Of a stretch of 19,861 nucleotides of DNA, positions 7,490 through 17,665 are shown piece after piece (the stretch's first letter is position 1; the number at the start of each line of letters is the position of its first letter). The stretch is from the NCBI GenBank assembly GCA_964447495.1, contig CAYUTF010000063.1, forward strand, positions 1 to 19,861. Direction: 5' to 3'. Source of the DNA: an uncultured archaeon. Its GTDB lineage: Archaea; Asgardarchaeota; Lokiarchaeia; Sigyniarchaeales; SOKP01. The notes beneath the pieces were generated by a model. That model saw nothing but the letters and a program-made list of their open reading frames with translations, was not told the DNA's origin and searched no databases. The position numbers were made by a program, and so were the translations under genes.

Positions 7490-8848
7490 ATGATTGAAAA
7501 AAACGATCCTAAAAGAAAGGGGTTATGTGAAGCAGTAATTGAGAAGGTGAAAGAAGAGGATATTAAATTTATCTACCTCCAATTTACTGATATACATGGA
7601 ATAATCAAATCCTTCGAAATTAATTCCAAGAGAATCGAAGACTTTTTTGAGATTGGAGAGAATTTTGATGGCAGTTCTATAACCGGCTATGGAGCAATTG
7701 AAGAATCAGATAAAGTTGCCCTTCCTGATCCGAGTACATTTTACATCGTTCCATGGAGAAATGATAACAAGCGTGTTGCTCGAGTATTTTGTGATATTTA
7801 TAATCCTGATGGTTCACGATATGGGGGCGATCCTCGCTATATTCTCCAGAGAGCAGTAAAAAAAGCAAAAGACCATGGATTTGAGTTCTATTGTGCTCCA
7901 GAGATGGAATTTTTCTTATTAGAGAAGGGAGCGACGGAAGAAATATTTAATCCGGGGGATCTTCGCGGGTATTTTGATTATGATCCATACGATCTTAATG
8001 AGAAATTTCGATATACTATTGCAGAATATTGCGAATCAATGGATATTGAGATTGAAGCACTTCACCATGAAGTGGCATTGGGACAACATGAAGTAGATTT
8101 TCGGTATGATAAAGCGGTGGAATCCGCAGATAATACTAATACGATAAAGATGATTATTAAAACTGTCGCTGCCAAAAATAATATGATTGCAACCTTTATG
8201 CCTAAACCATTTGATGGCATTAATGGCTCAGGGATGCATGTGCATCAATCATTATGGAAAGATGGAAAAAATTTGTTCTATGACGAATCTGATGAGGCAA
8301 ATATCTCATTGATAATGAAAAAATGGATTGCGGGCCAATTAAAACATGCAAAAGCGATGTGTGCCGTTTTAAGTAGTTGGCCAAATTCTTATAAAAGATT
8401 AGTCCCTGGGTTTGAAGCCCCTGTATATATCGCATGGGGTTTTCGAAATCGATCACCACTAATAAGAGTTCCTGATTTTCATAAAAAATCGAGCGCAGCC
8501 CGGTGCGAGATAAGATGCCCAGATCCGGCAGGAAATCCATACCTTCAATTCGCAGTACTGCTATCTGCTGGGTTAGATGGTGTTTTATCAGATGATATCA
8601 AATTATATGAACCCACCGACCGTAATGTATATCATCTTACTAGTAAGGAGATGGAGAAAGAAGGCATTAATTCATTACCAGGGAGTCTAAGTGACGCATT
8701 AAGAGAATTTAAAGAATCTGATCTCATGCAAGAGGTATTTGGAGAAATTCCATTTAAGAATTTTTATTATGCTAAATTAGAGGAATATGATGCATATCGG
8801 GTTGTAGTAAGCGAGTGGGAAAGAAATCGCTATATCAATAGACTATAA
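7490..8848 (+). CDS. glnA: Glutamine synthetase type I (GSI-alpha-like)
   Basis: LQFTDIHG, FDGSSI, PEMEFF, HHEVALGQHE, FMPKPFDGINGSGMHVH, RLVPGFEAP, NRSPLIRVP, EIRCPDPAGNPY. Appears to lack the ~25-aa GSI-beta insertion. Confidence 0.97.
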   Translation: MIEKNDPKRKGLCEAVIEKVKEEDIKFIYLQFTDIHGIIKSFEINSKRIEDFFEIGENFDGSSITGYGAIEESDKVALPDPSTFYIVPWRNDNKRVARVFCDIYNPDGSRYGGDPRYILQRAVKKAKDHGFEFYCAPEMEFFLLEKGATEEIFNPGDLRGYFDYDPYDLNEKFRYTIAEYCESMDIEIEALHHEVALGQHEVDFRYDKAVESADNTNTIKMIIKTVAAKNNMIATFMPKPFDGINGSGMHVHQSLWKDGKNLFYDESDEANISLIMKKWIAGQLKHAKAMCAVLSSWPNSYKRLVPGFEAPVYIAWGFRNRSPLIRVPDFHKKSSAARCEIRCPDPAGNPYLQFAVLLSAGLDGVLSDDIKLYEPTDRNVYHLTSKEMEKEGINSLPGSLSDALREFKESDLMQEVFGEIPFKNFYYAKLEEYDAYRVVVSEWERNRYINRL

Positions 8849-8909
8849 TCGAATACTAATTATTTCTTGATCTTTTTTTAATGTAATAAAAAAATAAAAA
8901 AAACTAAAT

Positions 8910-9581
8910 TTAATTTATTTTGTACTTCAAAATTCCATAACCTAATATTATATAACTAAGTATGGATGAGATATGCACAATTTTTTGTCCAACCACTAAA
9001 TAGGTTCTAGCTATTGGTAAACCGATAATAATAACCATCAATGAGACGAATTGAATTATGCAATAGAGCGTAAATATTATTGCATACTTCTTAGAGATCT
9101 TTTTGTTGAGGAATAAGGAAATAGTATAAAATACACCGCTAAAGAAGAATGCGATATAAATCAAATAGGCGAAGAGCCAGTGGACATCATGGAGTATATC
9201 CGCAGGAGTAAATATTATCCCTATCCAACCAATACAAGTAATTAATCCTAATAGCGAGCCAATTTTTGCAGAAATTGATTCTAAACGTTTAGTAGAAAAT
9301 AATTTTGGAAATACAATATAGAGAGGGATTGATAGTATTGATAGGGCTGCGATGGCTATAGTGAACAATACCATTGAAATTATATTAAAACCACCATTAT
9401 AGGAGATGATTCTTCCTAAATCACTTATTGTATTTCCCCAAAATGAATATCCAGGAATTGATGGATTATCCATCGTTCCTCCAGTATAAAAGAACATAGC
9501 AATGAAGATTAAGAGAAAAAATAATACCGACCCTAATATTTCAGAAATTGCTGCTATTTTTTTCCATTTTTCTAAGTTCAA
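8910..9581 (-). CDS. Multi-pass membrane protein, DUF998-like
   Basis: AMFFYTGG...GYSFWGNTISDLG, TPAD...H, QK in the last helix; ~6 TM segments; TTG start preceded by GTGA. Confidence 0.7.
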   Translation of the reverse strand: MNLEKWKKIAAISEILGSVLFFLLIFIAMFFYTGGTMDNPSIPGYSFWGNTISDLGRIISYNGGFNIISMVLFTIAIAALSILSIPLYIVFPKLFSTKRLESISAKIGSLLGLITCIGWIGIIFTPADILHDVHWLFAYLIYIAFFFSGVFYTISLFLNKKISKKYAIIFTLYCIIQFVSLMVIIIGLPIARTYLVVGQKIVHISSILSYIILGYGILKYKIN

Positions 9582-9736
9582 TTAATTCACGTTTTTATTT
9601 TGTTATTTAGTTTAAAATTTTTAATTAATTCAGATTCAAACCACTTCTTATATAATACCCTAATTAATTAAATATCTAAATTAAATAAGGTTAAAAAATT
9701 AATTTTTAGAATTTATTTTAATTTTATTGTATTCTT

Positions 9737-10444
9737 CTAAGTTGGTGAGATTTTATAGTTAAGATATATCAGAAGGAAAAACACTACTGCTGGTGGGAGA
9801 AAAATTAATGTAAAAATTCCTAGTTCATGCATTCGATAAAACAATTCAAGCATTAATAATCCAATATTAACAATAAAGGCTCCTGATAGTGCCATAATGT
9901 AACTCGGTTTTTTAAAAATTTTCCAGGTTGTAAAAGCATAAATGATCAATCCGGCAGCCATAATGATAATTGCCCATATAGGAACATTTGCAGTTTGAAA
10001 AAATTCTGGAACTCTAATTGCTGCTTCAACCATTAGAAAAAAAAAGGCTCCTGATATCAGCATCAATGAAAGGTTATAGGCGTTTTGATTTGGTAGCATT
10101 TCCTTACTATAATAGTAAGCGACGATTATCATAACACAAAATGTAATTACTGGAAAAACCACGAACACACTTACCCATAAATTTCCTATAGCAATTGCAA
10201 AATAGGAAATTATAAAAATCTCCCCAATTAATACCAAAATTGTCCCGATTGTTTCTAACCGATACCCTTCTACCAGAAATAATCCCGTAAAATATGTAAC
10301 AAACCCTGCTATCATAATATATGTTCCATAAATCCAAGTGCTTTCAGCAGTTAGGGGGAATACTATAATAATATTAATTAGAATAACAATTAGAATAACA
10401 ATATTGATAAAACCTGATAGAAATAAAACTTTTTTTTTATTCAT
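9737..10444 (-). CDS. Hypothetical multi-pass membrane protein (~8 TM)
   Basis: 235 aa of hydrophobic helices with short loops; SD-like GAGGG upstream. Confidence 0.8.
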   Translation of the reverse strand: MNKKKVLFLSGFINIVILIVILINIIIVFPLTAESTWIYGTYIMIAGFVTYFTGLFLVEGYRLETIGTILVLIGEIFIISYFAIAIGNLWVSVFVVFPVITFCVMIIVAYYYSKEMLPNQNAYNLSLMLISGAFFFLMVEAAIRVPEFFQTANVPIWAIIIMAAGLIIYAFTTWKIFKKPSYIMALSGAFIVNIGLLMLELFYRMHELGIFTLIFLPPAVVFFLLIYLNYKISPT

Positions 10445-10551
10445 AAATTTCCCTCTTCAGTTTTATTTTAGTAAAAAATTAAAAATTTTAATCTTTTGTT
10501 TAATAAAAATCTTATTTTTAATAAAAAATTAGGTTATATATTATATTAAGC

Positions 10552-12393
10552 TCACTTAAGTAAATCTGACTGAATTATCTTCTTTTCACCCATTTCTTCT
10601 ATATACTTTAAAGACTGATGCCGGAAGTAGGTATTATAGAGTTCAGCATAATATCCTTTACGCTTCATTAATTCTGTATGATTTCCTTCCTCGATGATTT
10701 TTCCCTTATCTAACACAATTATTCTGTCAACATGACGCACAGTCCATAATCTATGAGCAATCACTATTGATGTTCTCCCTTCTATTGTTTTTTCAAGGGC
10801 ATCTTGAATTCTTGTTTCAGTAAAGGGATCGACTGACGCAGTAGCCTCATCTAAAATCAGAATAGAAGGATCTTCTAGTAAAACCCGTGCAAAGGCGACC
10901 AATTGTCTTTGTCCCATTGAGAGAAGGCTTCCTCGCTCTCCAACAAGAGTATTCAGACCATTGGGAAGACTATCTACCCATTCTGAACCTCCAGCTTTAT
11001 CTAATGCTGAAATAACATCTTCACAGGTAGTTGAACTACATCCATAATTTATATTATTCTCCACTGTATCCGCGAATAAGAAGGGGACTTGAGGAATGAT
11101 ACCGATTTGCTTCCGGTATTCTTTTAGATTATATTTCTTAATGCTAATTCCATCAATTAAGATATCTCCTTTCTGAAATTCATAAAAACGAGCTAGTAAG
11201 TTTGCGAGGCTTGACTTACCTGCTCCTGTATGACCAACAATTGCAAGAGATTCTCCTGGTTTAATTTTTAAATTAAAGTTGTCAAAAACTTTTATATTCT
11301 CATCATAATTAAAAGTTAAATTTTGAAATTCAATTTCACCCTTCAATTTTGAAGGTACAATATTATCACTTTGAATAACAGCAGGAGGAGTATCAATTAT
11401 AGCAAAAATTCTTTCGGATGATGATAATCCTGATTGAAATTGTGGCCAAAATGAGGCAATTGTTAAAAGTGGAAAGAAGAGTAGGTTAAGACTTTGAAGG
11501 AACATATTGAACTCTCCAACATTTATGGTATTAAAAATGAGAAAGTTTCCGCCTAAATAAACTAAGATTGTAGTGATTATTCCTTGAACAATTCCTAAGG
11601 ATGGAAAAATTGCATTCAAAATAAAAGCTCTCTTTAAATTTACTTTATAAGATTGAATATTTACCTCATTAAATTGACTATATAATTTTTCTTCTTGTCG
11701 AAATGTTTTTGCAATCTGTATACCAGAAAAACTCTCCTTTACAAATGAATTAACTGAAGCTAAAGCACGCTGACCTAATAAGGTCATTTTTCTGGCGTAT
11801 TTTCTATAAGATAATGCGACTATAAAAAATAGTGGGATTGCTAATAACATATAAAGTGTTAATACCGCATTAATTATTGTAAGAAGGATAATAATGATAA
11901 TCATAATCACTAAGGAAGAAATAACTTCAATGAGGAGTTCTACAGTCTGTCCAAAATCGCGACTATCGGTATTTATTCGGCTTACTATCTTTCCTATTGG
12001 ATTTCTGTCAAAAAATGAAAGATCATGGTCTAAAATGGATTTGGTTGCGTCACCTCGTAGATCTAGAACCACATTCGCTATAGCTTTTGCACTATTTATT
12101 TGTCTATAATAATTAAACACGAAGCTTAAAATATTGAAAGTAAATATTAGAACAATTAAAAAGACTAAATATGTAACATTTTTACTCGATTCGATGTTAT
12201 TAATCGCTGCAGATGTTATAAATGGAATAAACGAGGTGGTTAGTGATGAAATTGTAAGAAAAATTACGACAATTAACATATAACGTTTATATGGAGAAAA
12301 ATAGGTGAAAATTCTTCGCAATAAGGTTTTGTCTTTATAGGTTCTATCATACTCTTCTGCTTCTAAACCAACGTACACAGGATTAAATTTCAC
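10552..12393 (-). CDS. ABC exporter, fused permease/ATPase, heterodimer subunit 2
   Basis: TMD plus NBD: Walker A GHTGAGKS, degenerate signature LSMGQ, Walker B ILILDE, H-loop IAHR. True start may be GTG 12378 because GAGGTGA overlaps 12393. Confidence 0.95.
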   Translation of the reverse strand: MKFNPVYVGLEAEEYDRTYKDKTLLRRIFTYFSPYKRYMLIVVIFLTISSLTTSFIPFITSAAINNIESSKNVTYLVFLIVLIFTFNILSFVFNYYRQINSAKAIANVVLDLRGDATKSILDHDLSFFDRNPIGKIVSRINTDSRDFGQTVELLIEVISSLVIMIIIIILLTIINAVLTLYMLLAIPLFFIVALSYRKYARKMTLLGQRALASVNSFVKESFSGIQIAKTFRQEEKLYSQFNEVNIQSYKVNLKRAFILNAIFPSLGIVQGIITTILVYLGGNFLIFNTINVGEFNMFLQSLNLLFFPLLTIASFWPQFQSGLSSSERIFAIIDTPPAVIQSDNIVPSKLKGEIEFQNLTFNYDENIKVFDNFNLKIKPGESLAIVGHTGAGKSSLANLLARFYEFQKGDILIDGISIKKYNLKEYRKQIGIIPQVPFLFADTVENNINYGCSSTTCEDVISALDKAGGSEWVDSLPNGLNTLVGERGSLLSMGQRQLVAFARVLLEDPSILILDEATASVDPFTETRIQDALEKTIEGRTSIVIAHRLWTVRHVDRIIVLDKGKIIEEGNHTELMKRKGYYAELYNTYFRHQSLKYIEEMGEKKIIQSDLLK

Positions 12394-14215
12394 CTCTAAG
12401 TAATTTTTCTTCGTCTATATCAAATTTCTTGACAAAAATCTTCCGATATTCTTCAGATTCTTTAATTAAATCCCAGTGATTTCCTTTAGCTACAATTTCC
12501 CCATTTTTTAAAACAATAATAATGTCTGACCATCGTATTTGACTTAATCGGTGAGTGATGAGAAATGTTGTGCGATTTGCTAATACATTTTTAATTGCTT
12601 GCTGGATTTTATCTTCCGTATTAGAATCTATAGCTGAGGTTGAATCATCTAAAATGACTATTCTAGGATTTGAAAGAAATGCACGTGCTATAGCTATTCT
12701 TTGTCTTTCTCCTCCACTTAATTGTACACCTCTTTCTCCTATCTTAGAAGCATAGCCCTTCGGTAAATTTGATATAAAATCATCTGCTTGGGCTTGTATA
12801 GCGGCTTCTTTAACTTCATCTAATGAGCTTACGCGTCCAAATGCTATATTATCAAATACCGAAAATGAAAAGAGAAATACATCTTGCTCAATATATGCGA
12901 TTTGAGCTCTTAAAGACTTAAGCGCATAATCCCTAATATCAATATTATCTACTAAAATACGGCCTTCTGAAACATCATATAAGCGTGACATTAATTTTGT
13001 AAGAGTTGTTTTTCCAGAACCGGTTGTGCCTACTATGGCAACAGTTTGTCCGGGCTTAATTTCGAATGAAATATTCTTTAAGACCATATTATCGGTACCA
13101 GGATATTTAAAACTTACATTATCAAACTGTATTGATCCTTGAAGTATTTGAGTAATACCTTTAAGATTTTCATCAATCTCAGATGTTTTATTCATTAATT
13201 CAAGCAATCTTTTCGCACTTGATCCAGCTAACTTTATGATTGCAAACACAAAAATTGAAATAAATGTGGGAAATTGCAATAATCCTAATAATGCTATATA
13301 AGAGATAATTTGTCCAATAGACATTACTCCTTGAGAGAATAGTATTAGTGAATGTGTAAATCCAATAGTAACTGCGATTGCCAAGAAGAGAATGGGATAA
13401 TATTTTGCTTGCACTTTACCTTGTTCTATAAATGCATCTCTATAGTCTTTCGCTATTGCCTCGTATTTTTCAAATTCATATTCTTCTTTAGTGGATCCTT
13501 TTACCACCTCTATGCCAGAAAGTGTTTCATTAAGTGTTGAATTAATCATCCCAAAGTTCATTCTGAGCCTTCCAGTAATCGGAGATAATTTTCGATTATA
13601 GGAGCGCAAATTTATTAAAAAAAGAACCGTAAATATTGTAGGTTCAAAAATTAATTGTAGAGGATATAATAAAAGTATAAAGATTACGGGGATAATTAAT
13701 GAGGTAAATGATTCCAATATCAATGATATTGCGGGACTCATTAAAAAATTTAACATACGGACGTCATCAGTTGCTCGAGCCATTAACTCTCCAATTTTTT
13801 GTTTATCATGGAATGATTGGCTTTTTCCAAGTAAATTTGCATAAAATTCTTTTCGTGAGTCTCTTTCTAATCTTTGAGCCAATAATTCTCGTTGCATGTA
13901 ATTAATTAATCGGAATAGTGGAGTTAATAATCCCAGGATTAAAATAATAACAGTGAAAAATATGAGGCTATTTATATTTGCGTTTAGGAATTGTTCAACC
14001 GCGTTACCTATTATTACTGATGAGATAGATGCCAGTATTGATGCAATAACTGTTGTAAACAAAACGATAAAAATGAAATACTTATTAGATCCAAAGAATA
14101 TATGGGCTAATAACCATCTGCGAGCGCCTTTTTTACGGGCTTTTTCAAAGTAATCTATACCCGTAGAAAATTCAACTATTTGGGTTTCTAAATTACTATT
14201 TGATTTCTTAGTCAT
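12383..14215 (-). CDS. ABC exporter, fused permease/ATPase, heterodimer subunit 1
   Basis: TMD plus NBD: Walker A GTTGSGKT, signature LSGGE, degenerate Walker B IVILDD, ITHR; abuts or overlaps the partner gene. Confidence 0.95.
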   Translation of the reverse strand: MTKKSNSNLETQIVEFSTGIDYFEKARKKGARRWLLAHIFFGSNKYFIFIVLFTTVIASILASISSVIIGNAVEQFLNANINSLIFFTVIILILGLLTPLFRLINYMQRELLAQRLERDSRKEFYANLLGKSQSFHDKQKIGELMARATDDVRMLNFLMSPAISLILESFTSLIIPVIFILLLYPLQLIFEPTIFTVLFLINLRSYNRKLSPITGRLRMNFGMINSTLNETLSGIEVVKGSTKEEYEFEKYEAIAKDYRDAFIEQGKVQAKYYPILFLAIAVTIGFTHSLILFSQGVMSIGQIISYIALLGLLQFPTFISIFVFAIIKLAGSSAKRLLELMNKTSEIDENLKGITQILQGSIQFDNVSFKYPGTDNMVLKNISFEIKPGQTVAIVGTTGSGKTTLTKLMSRLYDVSEGRILVDNIDIRDYALKSLRAQIAYIEQDVFLFSFSVFDNIAFGRVSSLDEVKEAAIQAQADDFISNLPKGYASKIGERGVQLSGGERQRIAIARAFLSNPRIVILDDSTSAIDSNTEDKIQQAIKNVLANRTTFLITHRLSQIRWSDIIIVLKNGEIVAKGNHWDLIKESEEYRKIFVKKFDIDEEKLLRGEI

Positions 14216-14426
14216 TGATGAACCTTCTGCGTTTGAATTTATTACAAAATGAATATAAATAAAATGCTATTAAATAATGTCAAATGTTAAGAATGCCAAT
14301 TAAACTTTTTATCTTTAATTTATAGATAAATTGAATTCCATTATCCAGTATTTTTTTAAATAAAATTATACTGAAAGCATGATTTACTAATAATAGGTCA
14401 ATGATAATTCTATAATATGAAGAAAA

Positions 14427-16085
14427 ATGAAAAATTCTACATTAAAATTATGCCTTGCTCAACTTAATCCCGTGGTTGGAGATATTGAGTATAATGCCAA
14501 TAAGATAATTGATGTCGTAAAGAAAAATCAAAATGCTGATTTGGTTATTTTTCCTGAAATGTTTTTAGTGGGTTATCCATTAATGGACCATATTCACGAT
14601 CCGTTAATTAAGAGGAAAAATCAAGAGTATATTGAAAAAATCCGAGAATTTTCATCAGAAACAGCTATCATTTTGGGTACATTTACAGAATCACCCAAAA
14701 TTGAAGATAAATTACATCCTTTCTATAATTCTGCTCTAATTATTCAAGACAAAGAAATTAAAGCTGTTGTAAATAAACGTCTATTACCTGATTATGATGT
14801 TTTTAATGAAAGAAGATATTTTACCTTTGAGAATAAATTTGATCCCGTAAAAATTAAGGGTTTTAATATAGGGATTCTTATTTGCGAGGATATCTGGGAT
14901 GATAACTATGAGATAAAAGTTGCACAAAAGCTAAAAGAAAACGGAGCTGAGATTTTAATTGTAATTAATGCTTCTCCTTATCATATCCATAAGTTTGAGT
15001 TAAGAAAGCGTATAATTTGCAGAAAGGCAAAAGAGTTATCTCTACCAATTGTATACTTAAATATGGTCGGTGGATTGGATGAAATCGTCTATGATGGTCA
15101 GAGTTTTGTGGTGAATGAATTTGGGCAAATCACCTTCAAGTCAAAATCTTTTGGGGAAAGTGTTGATGTATTGGATTTAATCGTGCTGAACCAAAAACTT
15201 TCAGGAAACCTAGATGAAAAATCTGACTGGAAGGAAGATGTCTTAAAAGCCTTGAAGCTCAATTTGCATGATTATTATTATAAAAGTAATATCTTTAAGG
15301 GGGTCGTTCTAGGATTAAGTGGGGGAGTAGATTCAGCATTTACCGCATATGTATGTGCAAAAGCCTTAGGTCCTAAAAAAGTAACTGCCATTATGATGCC
15401 TACTCGGTTTACATCTCAAGAAAGCAACAATGATGCTGAAAAATTATGTAAGAATTTGAAGATTAATTATATTGTGCACCCTATTGATGATTTATTTGAA
15501 AAGTATGAAAAATCGATAGAGAAACATATTGGTCACGTGCCTTTTGATATTGCAGATGAAAATTTGCAATCACGAATAAGAGCTACCATCCTAATGTATT
15601 ATTCAAACAAATTTGATTGGTTGCTAATCTCGACGGGAAATAAATCAGAGTTAGGTGTAGGATACTGCACACTCTATGGAGACACCAATGGAGGAAAAAA
15701 TGTGCCTGGAGATTTATTAAAAGTTCAAATCTATGATATATGCAAATATATAAACAAAGAGAAAGAGATTATACCAGATAATATTATAAAGAAAGCACCT
15801 ACGGCTGAATTGCGCGAAAATCAAAAAGATATTGATTCACTTCCTCCATATGAAATATTAGATCGAATTTTAGAGGCAATTACTACAAATGGAATTGGAT
15901 CTGATTTTGAACATTTAATAAAGCAAGGAATTGATATTAAAACCATAAAGAAAGTGGAGAAATTATATTTGACTTCAGAGTATAAACGTCGACAACTCGT
16001 TCAAACGATAAAAGTTAGTGAAAGTGCGTTTGGAATTGGTAGGAGATATCCTGTATTAAAAAGAATTAATACTGAAGATAATTAA
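14427..16085 (+). CDS. nadE: Glutamine-dependent NAD+ synthetase
   Basis: Nitrilase-like domain with E-K-C triad (FPEMF, NKRLLP, ICEDIW) fused to a synthetase domain (LGLSGGVDS, ENLQSRIR, STGNKSE, GYCTLYGD, PTAELRENQKD, SEYKRRQ). Confidence 0.97.
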   Translation: MKNSTLKLCLAQLNPVVGDIEYNANKIIDVVKKNQNADLVIFPEMFLVGYPLMDHIHDPLIKRKNQEYIEKIREFSSETAIILGTFTESPKIEDKLHPFYNSALIIQDKEIKAVVNKRLLPDYDVFNERRYFTFENKFDPVKIKGFNIGILICEDIWDDNYEIKVAQKLKENGAEILIVINASPYHIHKFELRKRIICRKAKELSLPIVYLNMVGGLDEIVYDGQSFVVNEFGQITFKSKSFGESVDVLDLIVLNQKLSGNLDEKSDWKEDVLKALKLNLHDYYYKSNIFKGVVLGLSGGVDSAFTAYVCAKALGPKKVTAIMMPTRFTSQESNNDAEKLCKNLKINYIVHPIDDLFEKYEKSIEKHIGHVPFDIADENLQSRIRATILMYYSNKFDWLLISTGNKSELGVGYCTLYGDTNGGKNVPGDLLKVQIYDICKYINKEKEIIPDNIIKKAPTAELRENQKDIDSLPPYEILDRILEAITTNGIGSDFEHLIKQGIDIKTIKKVEKLYLTSEYKRRQLVQTIKVSESAFGIGRRYPVLKRINTEDN

Positions 16086-16115
16086 GTAAAATAATTTTAC
16101 AAAAAAAAGCATAAT

Positions 16116-16316
16116 TTAACGAGCGTCTTCTATATCTTCTGAGAAAATTCTAATAAAATCTTTTTTTTCTGAGAGCGATAAAATTTGGTCTTTTTCAAAA
16201 CGTTCTATATCTTTTTTACTAAATTCTTCATGACAATGAGAACACTCGATAATATCCCCTAAATCTATTACCAATTTCCTATTACAGCGGGGACATGTAT
16301 AATATTCTTTGCCCAT
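16116..16316 (-). CDS. Small zinc-ribbon protein
   Basis: CPRC-x13-CSHC followed by a charged helical tail; 66 aa. Confidence 0.75.
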   Translation of the reverse strand: MGKEYYTCPRCNRKLVIDLGDIIECSHCHEEFSKKDIERFEKDQILSLSEKKDFIRIFSEDIEDAR

Positions 16317-16415
16317 TTTAAAAGGATTATTTCTTTTTAAGATTAATAAAAAAAAAGAGACAGTTCATGTTTATAAACATATCTGAAAATCGAATAATTA
16401 AAGAAAATATCTTTT

Positions 16416-17552
16416 TTAGGAGTGAATATGAACAATTTTTGCAGGAGGAAACCCGTTAAAATGAGTAGCGGATGCGTTTGTGTATGCACCTGTATTTTCA
16501 GAATACAATAAATCACCAATATCCAATTCGGGTAATTGTTCGTTCATAGAAATTTTGTCTAAAGCATCACATGTCGGACCAACCACAGCGCTTTCTTTTA
16601 ATTCACCCTCTTTGAATGACTTAAAATGATATTGAATATGATCAAAGATTACTCCTGAAAAGGTATTATATACACCATCATTCACATAATAGAATATTTT
16701 ATTATCTCTTAAGGCTTTTCCATTAATTTCCACAACAGAAACAGCTGCAGTTGCGACTAAAAATCGACCTGGTTCAGCAATTATTTCAATAGAGGGGTCA
16801 TCGAAATATTGCGCAATTTTTTCATTGATTATTTCCGCTAAACTTTCAAAACTGGGAATATTTTTTTCATAGGGAACGGGAAAGCCTCCTCCTATATCTA
16901 ATATCTTTACTTCATGTCCAATTTCTTTAGCTTGTTCAAAGATATCGTGCGTTATTTCAAAAGCTTGAACATAATTATCAAAATTACTACATTGACTTCC
17001 AACATGAAAGCTCAGACCCTGAACGTTATACCCAAATTTTTCGGCAAATTTGATTAAATCTATACATATTTTTGGGTTTGCTCCAAATTTTGTAGATAAT
17101 TCTACCACAGATCTTAAATTAGGAACATCAACTCTTAATATTAATCCCGCATTTTTACAATACTTAGCAATCTTTTCTACTTCATAGTGATTATCATATG
17201 TCATACGAAGAGAATATTCAGCTAGATGTTTCAATGATTCAATTCTTTTCACAGAATTAGCATAAATGACATTTGAATTGATGAAAGCATCCTTGTCTTT
17301 TTTACTTCCATTAATATTATCATATACTAAATTAAATTCTTCCCATGATGCAACATCGAATCCAGATCCTAATTTATAAAAGGTTTTTATTATTTCTATT
17401 TCAGGATTGGCTTTGATGGCGTAATATGGTTTCACCAGGGGTAAATTTTTACGAAACGTATCAAAATTTTTCTTTAAAATGGTATGATCTATTATTATTA
17501 ATGGTGTACCATGTTGAGCGGCTAAGTCTAAGATCTCTGAGGTGTGAATCAT
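16416..17552 (-). CDS. Fold-type III PLP-dependent ornithine (lysine/ornithine) decarboxylase
   Basis: PYYAIKAN (PLP Lys), FDVAS, KFGA, FHVGSQ, DIGGGF, EPGRF, VNDGVY, GPTCD, GAYT. The CD motif (not CE) and FDH specificity helix favour ODC-type over LysA. Confidence 0.92.
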   Translation of the reverse strand: MIHTSEILDLAAQHGTPLIIIDHTILKKNFDTFRKNLPLVKPYYAIKANPEIEIIKTFYKLGSGFDVASWEEFNLVYDNINGSKKDKDAFINSNVIYANSVKRIESLKHLAEYSLRMTYDNHYEVEKIAKYCKNAGLILRVDVPNLRSVVELSTKFGANPKICIDLIKFAEKFGYNVQGLSFHVGSQCSNFDNYVQAFEITHDIFEQAKEIGHEVKILDIGGGFPVPYEKNIPSFESLAEIINEKIAQYFDDPSIEIIAEPGRFLVATAAVSVVEINGKALRDNKIFYYVNDGVYNTFSGVIFDHIQYHFKSFKEGELKESAVVGPTCDALDKISMNEQLPELDIGDLLYSENTGAYTNASATHFNGFPPAKIVHIHS

Positions 17553-17657
17553 ATTCTTCTTTGAAATATTTTGTTTATGTTATTAGAATGTAAAAATTTC
17601 TTAATTTAAATAGACTTTGCTAATAATCTTGACATTTACATCGAAAAGATATAATAT

Positions 17658-17665
17658 TATATAAA
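17658..17665 (-). promoter_or_regulatory. Candidate TATA box (TTTATATA) for the decarboxylase transcript
   Basis: Matches the archaeal consensus TTTAWAWA; a second candidate (TTTTATAT) lies near 17696-17703. The AT-rich background lowers specificity. Confidence 0.35.

Noticed and set aside
7490-8848. GlnA as a gamma-glutamylputrescine synthetase linked to the decarboxylase
   Set aside because: Retains canonical ammonium-binding residues (FDGSS Asp, GFEAP Glu) that are usually altered in PuuA-like ligases.
1929-14153. Short shadow ORFs (1929..2114, 6585..6809, 6932..7120, 7677..7868, 8220..8540, 10107..10337, 10338..10532, 11894..12109, 12555..12755, 13352..13540, 13708..13905, 13953..14153)
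   Set aside because: Antisense or out-of-frame overlaps with well-supported genes; no recognisable motifs.
14317-14332. Palindrome AATTTAT-AG-ATAAATT in the ABC/nadE divergent intergenic region
   Set aside because: Arms are all A/T in a very AT-rich spacer; expected by chance.
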